Below are positions 35,171-46,090 of a DNA stretch of 64,000 nucleotides, one piece after another (the stretch's first letter is position 1; the number at the start of each line of letters is the position of its first letter). The DNA lies in NCBI GenBank assembly GCA_013239625.1, contig MU054323.1:11803815-11867814 (forward strand). Reading direction: 5' to 3'. The DNA comes from Lama guanicoe (lineage: Eukaryota). Under the pieces are notes generated by a model. That model made no database searches. It saw only the letters and a list, made by a program, of their open reading frames with translations, and had not been told where the DNA came from. A program made the position numbers and the translations under genes.

Positions 35171-38100
35171 AAGAGAAAAGCTAAAAACTGGAGCAGAAGC
35201 CATAATCTCAGTGTTAAGAGAGGCAGGGAGAATTACAGGGAGTTTATCTGATCCAGAATTGAACAAATAATTAGAAAATCATCAGGATCTTTGAGTGGAG
35301 AGGGAAAATGTCAGAGTTACCGAGATTCACCATTTCTTTTCGTTCTTACTCCATGCACACTCTAAAAATACAGTCCCCTTTAACGTTGCCATGCTCTGCA
35401 GAAATGGACAAGGAAAGTCATGTTTCTGCTTAGAATCCTGCAATAGAGACTGACTTTGTCATTCAGGCTACATCACCAAAGCACCACCATGAGCCCTCCG
35501 GTAGCTTACCCGAATTGCAGACAAATACCCAGAAGATATTAGCAACCTCCTGATTTTATGCTGTCATAAGTTTAAGCTTATACACAGGCAGTAAGTACAT
35601 TACTCACATCTAACCTCCAAAGCAGCCACCAAGAGGCTGTACCCTGTACGGGGTAGAACCAGCAGTCCATCTACAGAGCAGAAGTGAGCTGCCGCTGCTG
35701 CCATCAATGGGCCTTTAAGGCTAAAGAGCATGACACAGGCAGGGCGCCTTCTGTCTTTGAGCTGGGAGGATCTCAGGTGAGGCTGGGTACCTTCCAAAGA
35801 CACTTGGCTGGAGTCATTCCCGCATACACCTACCTCGCATTTGAAATAAGCTGTGCATCCTAGGTTCTTTCTGACATTTTTCCTCTTACAGGGGAGTTGC
35901 TTCTGATTGTTTAAGGACCGCACTCATCACGAAAGGGATTCAAATCAACGGTTTCTGTCTTAATTGCACAATCCTGTTGACTTCTGAGTTGAGCAGCCTC
36001 TTGAATGACAGCAGAGCCTCATTTCCTGCCATCAAACCCCTACCAGCCCGGGAGGCCCATGGGTACAAGGACAGAGCCAGCGCTGACTACAGGACTGAAG
36101 GGGTGGGAAAGCCTGTCTCCGCTTCTCCCAGGACCACGAGTCCGCCCAGCCCAGCACCTTCCCACAGGAGAAAACAGTAACCTATGGGACGTTCCTGGAG
36201 GACCTGCAGGTGAGTTAAACCTGACTTGTCCTGGGAGAAAACTCCAAGTCCTGGTGGCCCTCCGGAGATGGGCTCTCTAGTTGCCTTAATCTGCGTACAG
36301 AAAAGCAACACTGGTGTTTTATCAGAGGTACAGAGTCATTTCTCAGCAAAAGCATAAGCTTTTTGTCCATGTGAAAACATACATGTAACATGTACATATA
36401 TAAAATAGAGTTCATTTCCCCTGGAAAAGGAAGCTACCCAGAAGTCGAGCACAGCCATGATGCAAACAGCATGTGCTTTACAGAGGGAAGCGTGAGCTCC
36501 AGGCCACTTACTGGTTGGGGGAGCTTGCCAGAGTCTCCTCCCGCTTATAACCTCAGTCTCCTCGAACTCCAGAAAACAAGGATCATAACCACACCCACCC
36601 CACGCCTTTGCAGGAAGGATCAAACGAGTCACCTATGAATAAAAACACTTGATAGCTGTAAAACATCCCCGGAAGAGGTGGAGAGAGGAAGCTACCTCTG
36701 ATGTTCCTGTTCTTCATTCCCCTAGAATTAGGCAGGTCTTTGAGCCAGTGCCTCTCCTGATACAGACCATCAACCCACCACAATAAGGACCACAGTCAGT
36801 TCAGCCCTCAGCTGGCAGCTATCAACTGGCTGTCTATTAACAGCCAATTATCTGGGTGGCTTAATTAATCCACGGGCCACGTGGTCTGAGCTCCCTGAGA
36901 TTCTAGAAAACAATGGGCCTGAAATACAGGCGCCAGCTAATTTCTCAATGACCATCACAGAGTTTGGCGTCCATTATGCCTGCGTGTTGCAGCTGCGAGA
37001 GATGGGAGCATAAATATTGATTGGCTCAGTCTCTCTGTGGCTGGGGGGAATTAATGATTAGAGTGTTCTCAGAGGAACAGCAGAAGCTACATAAATCCTC
37101 AGCCTGGACCATTAGGGGAAAAAAATTTCTAATTTCTGAACCCTAGTGAGGACAGAGGAAGGGGACTGATAGCTTCTTTGGAGAGAGCTTATCAAGATGG
37201 GGTGGTCCTACCCGTTCTGTAGATGTTACCCCACATTCCTGGCCGGGAATGAGATGCAAATTGGGTTTAAACAACAGGATCATTAGCAAAGAGGCAGCTG
37301 GGTTGTGGTTCTCTTCCTCTGGGCACTCAGATCGAGTGGCAGGAACACGAGAGTGTGCTGCTCTCCCTGCATTTCCTTGAAAGGTCTCTGGAGTGCTCAC
37401 AGTTAAGAAGACAAGTGACATGAGGAGAATTTAATTATTTTTTTTAAGTGCTTAATCTCGTCTCCGGGAAATGTTACACATAAGAGACTTTGTACTTGCA
37501 ATCAGCATTGTCCGGGAGGCTCCTTAATTCCTGCGATGAGGACTCATGCTGATATAACGGCATACAAGCAGAATGGCTCAGGGTGACCCAGAGGGGCTAC
37601 TTCCCTCCTTCGGAAAGAGCAAGGCAGGAGCGAGGCAGGCAGCTCCTGACTTTGGTCAGAGCCTGCAGGGAAGAATTGGGCTCCTGCACCTCCAGACTTC
37701 TTCCTTGGGGCTCCTGCCCAAGGGTCTTGTGCCTCTCTGCTCTGGACCCCTCTCGCTTTCCTTTCCGGGAGATGTGAATAAGAGAAGGGGGAACGATGTG
37801 ATGAAGGGAGGAGGGAAGCAATTGAAAGAAAAGCAGGAGGAAAGCAGACCCCCTGGGTGGCGCACACGTTTCTCACACCATAGAGAGCTCTTCCTCTCTC
37901 CCCATTAGTTTCCTAGTGTTCATTAGGTCCTGTGACGGCGGCAGCTCCTGCCAAATGCAAAGACTGCTGCCCCAGAAGGTCATCTCAGGCCATTTATTCT
38001 GAAATACCAAAATATCAGAGCCAGCAAATTTCAGGAGCTTCTGCAGAATTCCCCAAGGTACCAGTGTACATGTGTGCATGTGTGTGTGTTCTTTAGTATC

Positions 38101-41100
38101 CCAAAGGGGTTCTTTCTTAATCAGCACAACATCTAAGGACTTGGAAACTGATTTATTTTTGATTAATCTAGCATTTCTGGTAAAATAATTAAAAGATAAG
38201 TAATAGACACAGAGTATCTGTAGTATAATTATTTAAAGCCATGAGGTCTCACTTCAGAGTGATTCACAAGTAACCCCAAATGGCTCAGACTGCTGGCAAG
38301 GCCAGGGGGAGATAGGCAGGGCTGCCATATGCGGCTCCATTTCACAGTCTAGGAGATTGAGCCTGGATGAGACCGTCAGAGTTATATCCAGCACTGCCAA
38401 TGGCAGAAAGAGACCCGCGGGCTGCCAAGTGTATAAGAAAAGCTGGAAAGTGAAGCCACACTTGATGATGACATGGCGGGAGCTGGGCTCTCCATCTCTG
38501 GACTCTGGTGAAAAATGTGCATCTCGAGGTCCATATAAGGAGGAAGGCTGACCACCCCCCCTCCACCTCAGGGTCACAGCGCTCAAGTGAGAATAGTCAG
38601 CAGCCAGCTATAGAGGGCACAGGGCACATCCAGACTCACTTCCCCAAACAGATGGCAGGTCTATAATGCTAGTCTCTGGTGGAATGTGCAAATGTCATGG
38701 CAGGGCTCACAGACTCCCCCAGAGAGAGGAGCCCGGAATTTGTCCTTACTTTCTAATTCAGATTCTTTTCCAAAAAATGCACTGGGGACTTTGAGATGCT
38801 CTGGAAGAGTGACAGAACCATAAATGTTAAAAACAAAACAAGGGCACAGAAACATGTTTCTTCAACTTCAAAATGTGTTCCTGGGTGCCTGATAATGCAT
38901 AAGACTGTTCTGGAAATTTGGGATGGGAAAGGTGTGGGAAAGGATGTAGGCAAAGGAGGTAGATGAAATGGCACATGAACTTGGCTGTGTGGAAATCCCA
39001 GGCCTTAGGCATCAGCTAATGGCAGCCTCATTTTGTCCCTGTTCAGTTAATTCTGATGAATGGAAATTAAAACTTTTAAATGATTCAAACAGATGAGCAA
39101 CCTTGGGAAAGGGTAGTCTCTAGACAGGCTGGGGAAGCTTGTGACAGGGACATTAATTTCTCTTTCCTTTCTAGCCTTACCCTTAGGTCTTTCCTGTTTT
39201 GATTAGGTATCATTCCGTGCCTCTTGGAAATTCTGAGACAGAGATTCCTGGTCTTTGTTTCCAAAAGCACCAGGTCACTTAGTGGAACGAGGGTTTAGGG
39301 GGGGAGAGAGAGAGGGAGAGAGCTCCCCAGACTGACTCAAAGAGATTCCCTTAGAACAGACCCAGGGGTCCCTGAGACAGGGCCTGGGGGAGAATGCCAG
39401 CTGAAAAGGGACCTAGAATAGAGGTACAACACAGGGCAGGCCCACAATGACCCCGGGCAGAGAAATTCCCACCAGCTAGCTGGGACTGAACAGAAGGAGA
39501 GAAGTTCAGGGGGAGCGCAGGGTTTTAAAAAAAAAAAAGCTTGTAGCTATCTAGAAAGCAAAAGCATGCCTTTCTTGAATCCCTGAGGTTCTAACTTTCT
39601 GCTCTCATATTTCCCAGGTCTCACAGCAGACACATCTGGGCCATTAGGCAACACCTTCCTCCCCACCTGCTCCAGGAACTGCCTTAGATGGGAAAACAGC
39701 CCAGCGCCCAGTGCAGGCACCAGCACACACAAGAACGAGTGGAAGGATGACCATTCATCTGATAATGGGCTCTTCCTGGTCATTCCAGAGTCAAAGGTCC
39801 CTGGACAGACTCTAAAATGCACCCACTGAGCATCAGCAGATTATTAGGGTCTCTCTCTAAAATTGATGGATTTTTTTTTAGTGGGAGAAATCATCTAGTA
39901 AATGGGGAACAAAATACCAGTGTCATATACTTAACACATCTGCAGTAAGTATGCAAATATTACAGAAAACAAGCTCCTTTCTAAGAGTGTTTGCTATATT
40001 TCTAGTACAGCACAAATACATTTACATAAGCCTGAGGCACTTTATTCAAAGCCTTTACATTTCCAAAACTTTCCTCCAAAAGTACCCTCAGGCCTCAAAT
40101 TCTTCTGTTTTTACTAAGCCCTAAGCCCCTGGACCAAATTTAGTTTCTTGGAAATAAGAGACAAATTTGCTAGGTTGTTTGTTTTTTGGGTTTTTTTTTT
40201 AATTCTGTCAGTTATTGTATAATTCTCCAAATGGCAAACAAATGACAGAGGAGAGAAGCAACGGAAACATTTTTCAAGTCCTTTCTAGTGGGACTGTATT
40301 TATCGCTAAAATACAATTTAAATTAAGGCATCGAGCATGTTATATGATTTTCAATAAGGAATTAGAGATTTGCTGAATTTGGGGGTGGGAAACTCCCATA
40401 AAAAAAATCAACTCAACATTGAAAAGTCAAACTTAAAGAAATCTTTATTTGAGCTATTAATAGAACCAGCCTTTCCTGAAAGTAAGGGGGGAAATCCAAT
40501 CAATTTTCCGAAACCAGAAGTGCAGACTGGCTTCTCTATATCACCTGGATTGTGACTGGCCATGAGTTTTATTTTATTATCAGGCCCACTTTGGAGATCC
40601 CATTGCCAGGTGAATGAGGATGTCTCCTAACACTGAGGAAAGGAGAATAAGAGCCTGGGAGCCCCGGACTAGAACTGGCAGCATCTCCACTAAAAGACAA
40701 CTGGCAGCATGGAATCTACAAGTTGGGAGGTCCCCAGCCCTCTCCTGTCCAACCCCTTTCAATTTCTCTAAATATTTTTAAGGGACGGGAGCCCACTGCT
40801 CTGGCTTTGGGAAATAAGCTGACCCCCTCTACCACACTGGGAAGAGCCCCAGGCAGGATGAAAACTTCCCCAGGGCTCTGACATGCCCAAGGCAAGAGCT
40901 CTTCCCATAACTAGGCATGAGCATTGCCTAGGGAAACCTAAGATACTGAACTCACTCAAAAACCAAATTTTTCTTTCCCTACAATAGACAACATCCCAGC
41001 TGAATTCCTACTGTTGAGGCAACAATCTCTGTCCTGGCAAAGGAGTCCTAAACCAAAGGTGCTACAACCACCTGCAACCATTTGGTGCAACCACTCAATG

Positions 41101-41369
41101 ATGCTGTCTCCTCCCAGCAGACCCTCCCCACTGGGGTGCACTCTGTCCAGCCAGAGGAGCCTCCTCTGCCCCATCTGGCCTCCTCCAAGGGCAGAGCAGG
41201 ATTTCCCTCTGAGATAGGTTCCCCTCTCAAATGACACCCACCTCCCTAGAGCTCTCCAAAGGCCAGCACCTAGGGATGAGCCATGGAAGTGCTTGGAAAG
41301 TAGATGGGTATCGTCAGCTGTCAATACCCCAAACTCAGCCCATCAGCCACTAGTGCAGACCCAGGTTCG

Positions 41370-41620
41370 GTGGCATGGAAGGAGCACTTACATGGGCAGT
41401 TCCCAGAATGAGCCCATTCCATTCTTGTCCTGACGCTGCCACTTAATAATAGCCTTGTTATCTTGGGCCAATTGTTTAACCTCATTACTCAAGCTCATCT
41501 GCATAAAAGTATGATCAGCCTATTGTCTGTGGTTGTTGTGGAGACTAAATGAGCTAATACATGTGAAATGGAGATGGTGAATTTGTAAAGCACTAGACAA
41601 ATGCTAGCTATTGTTATTTC
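41370..41620 (+). mobile_element. MIR SINE
   Basis: CTGCCACTTA..TCTTGGGC..TTTAACCTC..CTCATCTGCATAAAA..GGTTGTTGTGGAGACTAAATGAGCTAATACATGTGAAA. Confidence 0.75.
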
Positions 41621-41769
41621 ACATGAATGCACACAGTCACACAAGCGTGATCTACCAGAAGCTCAAGAAGAATGAAATCATTCGGCCACACGTACATGGG
41701 GCCAACCAAACTACCAAAAAAAATCAAAAGACTTGATATTCTTCACCCAGCTCCCAAATACCATCCATC

Positions 41770-41935
41770 AACAAGCTGCTTCAGACTCACATGAAGCCCT
41801 TGTAAAAATACTGATTCTAGGAACTTCTACCAAACCCACAGGATCATAATCTCTGCAACTAAACACAAAAATGTGTATATTAAACAAGCTCTCCAGGTGA
41901 TTCTGACCTGCAGTCAGGTTTGGGAACCAACTGCA
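41770..41935. mobile_element. MER5-like hAT-Charlie MITE
   Basis: CTTGTAAAAATACTGATTCTAGG...TAAACAAGCTCTCCAGGTGATTCTGA...GTTTGGGAACCA. Confidence 0.75.
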
Positions 41936-42834
41936 CTCCTTGGGACGTGACCTGCAAATTTCCATCATTTGTAGAATTTTGCCTTTCCTGCACCTGGTAC
42001 CTGGAATAAAACTGTTCTGTGCTAAGAAGGATCTCATTTTGTCTCTCCACCCCTCTCCTCAAACACATATACAGTAAGATACAGAGGGGTTCTCATCCAT
42101 CAGACACAAAACACATCCATGAATACACATAACACATATATGTAGACACACAAGGTCATAAAACATAAAACAGTCAGACATGCAACACATATATGTAAAC
42201 ACACAAAGTCACTGAACAGGAAGAAGAAATATATAACAAAGAAGACATGTGCCTAATAATAAGTATCAAGACTTTTTAAATCTAAAGAATTCCTGGTTAT
42301 GAAGAACACAGAAAATGGGGGGAAAGGAAGATGTTAAGACAAAGAACACGTGGTCAAAACTACAGCACTAGGTCCGGACTCCTGACATTACACCACTGCC
42401 CCCATCCCATCCTACTACTCATTCGTTTGTAATTCTGCCTCAACCAGGAACTTGGGAGAGCCCCCCAAATTCAGGGACACAGTGTACTTATTATCACTGC
42501 AAGCCCCAAACCTAACAGAGCCTGGCCTATGGCTGCATTCGATAAATGTGTGTTCAGTGCCCGCTGGGATGAGAAGAGACAAGTGAGGCAGAAGGACAAA
42601 GTGCACAAAGAAGGAGACAGATGTCTTGTCTCAGCTCCCTAGTGTAAACTAGGAATAAGTAAGCTTAAGGTAATGAGGTTCAGTGCAAAACAGAGTTCAT
42701 GTCCCTGTAGGCATCATTAAATGCATCACAAGGAGCAGAAGCACCCAGGGAAAAAGAAGAAAAGCTCTCCAGATCTATGGACAGGTCTGAGGTGAGTGAG
42801 AAAATTGATCCAGTGTGATAAAGGCTGTTTGAAG

Positions 42835-43305
42835 TCATCAGTCTGACCTCGTCACTCCCCTGCTCAGTTCACCTCCAAGGCCCCCCTGGTACGCACACGG
42901 CCCTACCCTTATACATCTCCCCAGCCTCATCCGTGCCATTGGCCACGTGCTTTGACGCTCAAATTATGCCAAACTCGCACAGCGTGCTGTGTCATTCCTC
43001 TCAGCCTGTTTGGTGCAGTTAACCTCTACCTGGAATGCCCTCCCTACCTACTGGCCAAACCTACTGTTCACCCTTCTCAACTCAGTTCTGTTATGTCCGC
43101 CTCCTCCTCCAGGAAGACCCGAGGTTCCCATGATGTCCAGTGCATGGAATCATCTTAGCCCTCAGCACACTGTACCATCCTGGTCCATTCCTAAGCAAAT
43201 CCCCCACCCCCAGAGAAAAAGTTCTGCTTCTCTGTACACATAGCACCTAGCATACTGCCTGGCACACCGCAGATCATCAATAAATGTTTGTGGAATTCAA
43301 TTGAG
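42835..43305 (+). mobile_element. L2 3' fragment
   Basis: TCACTCCCCTGCTCA...CTACCTGGAATGCCCTCCC...GCACCTAGCATACTGCCTGGCACA...CAATAAATGTTTGTGGAAT. Confidence 0.75.
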
Positions 43306-43364
43306 CATTGGCAAGATTCCAAAACATAAGCGCCCAAAGGTTTTAGTTAAAAGGAGATCTCAGA

Positions 43365-43540
43365 GGCAAAGTGATACAGTGGAGAGATACTGCATATCAG
43401 AGGTCTGAGTTCAAATGAGACAAGGTACTTAAAGACTGAATCTGTTTCCTAATCTGTGTAATAAGAAGAATACCACCCAACTCACATAACTACTTACAAA
43501 GAAGCACCCACTATGTACCTGGCATCTAGTAGGTCCTCCG
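43365..43540 (+). mobile_element. MIR fragment
   Basis: CTGAGTTCAAAT..CTGAATCTGTTTCCTAATCTGT..GTACCTGGCATCTAGTAGG. Confidence 0.6.
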
Positions 43541-43979
43541 CACTGTACTTACTGGGAGCTTCCCCTCTCTCCCCCATCCCCCATTTTTTTTTTTTCAGTC
43601 TCCCGCTTGGGGCCCTAAGCTTCTCCAAGGACTTTTTCTCAGACGCTGGGGGACCGCTCTGGACCCAGTTCATTTATGTTGTCTGGTCAGTCAGGAAATG
43701 GCCGGAGGCCTCCTTCAGTGTCCCACCGCCAGGTCTGTGGAAGAGTAGGCTGAGGAATGAGGGGTCTGCATTAAAGGTGAGATAGAGCCTGCAGGGAGAG
43801 CCTTGTGGCTCCGCTCCGATGAACCGACTGGGCTGGAGTTGGAAAAGCCACTTGGATTCTCATTTCCCCAACTCCCCACCAATACCAAGGCGTCTGTTTT
43901 ACAGGCTCTTTAGTGATGTTCAGGGCACAGTCAATTCAACTTCCAATGCAGCTGAAGGGATAGAGGACTATTATAAAGC

Positions 43980-45530
43980 AGGGGTGGCGGCAGGCCGGGT
44001 GGGCCCGAGCAGCAGCCGCCCGGGAGGCTGCAGGGCGCTCGCCCGCGCCGCACACGCGCGCGCGGCACACCCCCGGCCTCCAGCCTCCCCTGATCGGGCC
44101 TGGCAGCTGAGGGAAGGAAGGAGGTCAGTGCAGCCGCCAGACTTCTGGCGGACGCCAGCACCGGCCGGCCCTGCCACCCGGCCCACCACCGGCGACTCTC
44201 TCGCGGCGTCCACGGACCGCCACCCCCTGGGCGGCTCGACAGCAGGGTCCCCCGCCGCCCCAGGGCCCCGGCGCGCTGCCCAAGTTGAGAGCCCCGCTCT
44301 GCCCACCAGCGCGCGCCCACCGCCTACACCCACTCTCACTTACACACAGCGCGGGGCCGGGGATGCCCCTGAGCTTTTTTAAATCCAGAAATGTCACACT
44401 GTAGCCGCATCCGGCGCCCGGTTACCTGCTCACAGCACCCAGACCCCGGCCCTGGCTTCCCGAGAGCCCGCAAACCCGGCTCGAGAGCTGCGCGCCCTCC
44501 CGCCAACCACTGCCCCGCGCCCGGCGCGCCGCCAAACCCAATACCTTGGGGGTCTGCACTTCAAGTCCCGTCGGCACCTCCAACTTCTTCTTGGTTACCC
44601 AGAAGAACAGCAGCACGGTGATCCAGAGCACCCCGAAGATAGGCAGCACCAGGCGGCGACTCAGGCGCCGCATGGTCCCCCTCGCCTTCTCCTCTCGCCG
44701 ACGCTACGCCCCCTAGGGCACCCCCTGGCGGTCAGGGTCGGAGGGGCAGGAGTCCCGGAGAGTGTCTGGCTGCTGGGAACGCTCGCCCCGGGATCCGGGT
44801 GGAATGCTGACAGGATTTTGCCAGGCGCCCCGCCCGCTTGTGAGGGAAGCGAGTGCGGGGCGGGGGAGGGGGGTTGAGGCGCAAGGTGCCCAGAGGAGCG
44901 GCAGGGAAGGGCCGAGGGGCAGCCAAGCTGGACGCCCGCTCCAGCCGGAGAAGCTCGGTGGCCGCTGAGGTGTTCTCTGCGCCGCCGCCGCCACCTCTGC
45001 CGCCGCGCGAGGGAAACTGACTCGAGCTGCGGGGAGGGAGGAATGTGAGGCTGTGCCCGGCACCCCGGGAGGAGCACAAGGGAGGAGGGAAGGGAAGCAG
45101 AGAAGGGGAGGGAGGATCGACCCACAGGCGGACTCCCAGGGCGCCCCGGCGGGAGCGAGCGGGGCTCTGAGAGGGGGAGCTACCGCCGTCAGCCCACCGA
45201 GGCGCCGGGCGCTGTTTGGGGGCCGCAGGCGCCGAACCCTGGGCGCAGCTCCGGGACTATCCTGGGATGGAGCGGGGCGGGAACGGTGCGTCCGCGAAGC
45301 CCGCCTCCCCCAGCTGCACACTAGGGCCTGAGGGCCAGCCGGCGCCAGGCGGAGCTGTGCCTGGGAGGAGTTTCCCGCTCTCCGCCGGGGGCTGCACGTG
45401 GCGTTCACAGCGTGCTCCCGCCCTCAGAGCACCTTCCGTACCGGAGCCGGCGCTGGGACCTCGGGACGCTGGCGGGGCAGCTACCCCACCCTCGAGTCAC
45501 CTTCGTGGCCCTTCAGGGCCAAGGCTGAGT
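43980..45530. promoter_or_regulatory. GALNT14: CpG island / GALNT14 promoter and 5' UTR
   Basis: Abrupt rise in GC and CpG density versus CpG-depleted flanks. GC boxes (GGGGCGGG) near 44857 and 45274, a short GCC repeat near 44981-44992, and exon 1 inside. The exact TSS cannot be read from sequence. Confidence 0.9.
44545..44673 (-). CDS. GALNT14: GALNT14 coding exon 1 (N-terminal 43 aa); remaining exons lie beyond the left edge of the window
   Basis: Translates [43 protein letters not shown], which I recognise as near-identical to the human GALNT14 N-terminus (basic tail, hydrophobic type II signal-anchor, stem). The ATG is in GGGGACCATGC context (A at -3). The exon ends at a phase-0 donor AAG|GTATTG (GT at 44544-44543) and lies inside a CpG island. 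Confidence 0.95.
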
Positions 45531-45944
45531 TCGGCCAACTCCCCAGAGTGTTTCTCTCTGCCTGCCTGCAGGTGCCTGGCAACTTTTCTGCTTAATGGAA
45601 CGCTGAGTTGGTCTAAATTTAACTTTAACGTAATCCTTTGAAAAAATTAAGGTGCAATTATCTCCCTTAAGAGTCTGTCTCCCTATAAGGATCAGAACTC
45701 TGTGCCAGGAAAGGGGGGGTCCAAAGTTGGGTCGACCACATGGGGTTCTTGGAAAGTGATTTTGGGCAGGAGGGAACTGGGTACAGAGGGCTATCTTTCA
45801 AAAGCTCCCTTCCCCAAATGCCTTTTGGAAATGCGTCCTCCTTCCTCTTGCAAATTAAAACCACTCAGGTCGAGGGGCAGAGCAAAGTCTGAACGGGATT
45901 CCCATGTAGGCCTCAGCTAGGCTGGAATAAATGTGCTATCACTG

Positions 45945-46090
45945 GATTAGGGGTTCTTGGCCTGGGTCAGCCACAATAGCAGTGGGAATCTTGGGCAAGT
46001 ACTTTCCTTGAGCCTTAGATTCCTCATCTGTAAAATGGGGATGATACTACCTCCTCTAAGTGAATGAAGAGTTGTGAAAACTAAACGCAA
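45945..46090 (+). mobile_element. MIR fragment
   Basis: MIR core ATCTTGGGCAAGTACTTT..TGAGCCTTAGATTCCTCATCTGTAAAATGGGGATGATACTACCT. Confidence 0.8.

Larger units (their letters stand above)
1..44544 (-). other. GALNT14: GALNT14 intron 1 (5' portion, continues beyond the window)
   Basis: Follows the exon-1 donor. No GT-A or ricin-lectin coding sequence is recognisable, and the region is repeat-rich, consistent with the very long first intron of mammalian GALNT14. Confidence 0.85.

Noticed and set aside
35500..35610. Minus-strand donor-like sites (G|GTAAGC, T|GTGAGT) suggesting an alternative GALNT14 exon
   Set aside because: No convincing paired acceptor or polypyrimidine tract and no coding similarity; transcript data would be needed.
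44422..44544. Extension of the GALNT14 ORF to 83 aa in the ORF track
   Set aside because: Similarity to GALNT14 stops at ...VQTPK, exactly at a GT donor; the rest is intron read-through.
43819..45641. Many long overlapping ORFs (up to 231 aa) around exon 1
   Set aside because: They are Pro/Arg/Ala/Gly-rich products of a stop-poor CpG island, many without ATG starts, with no recognisable domains.
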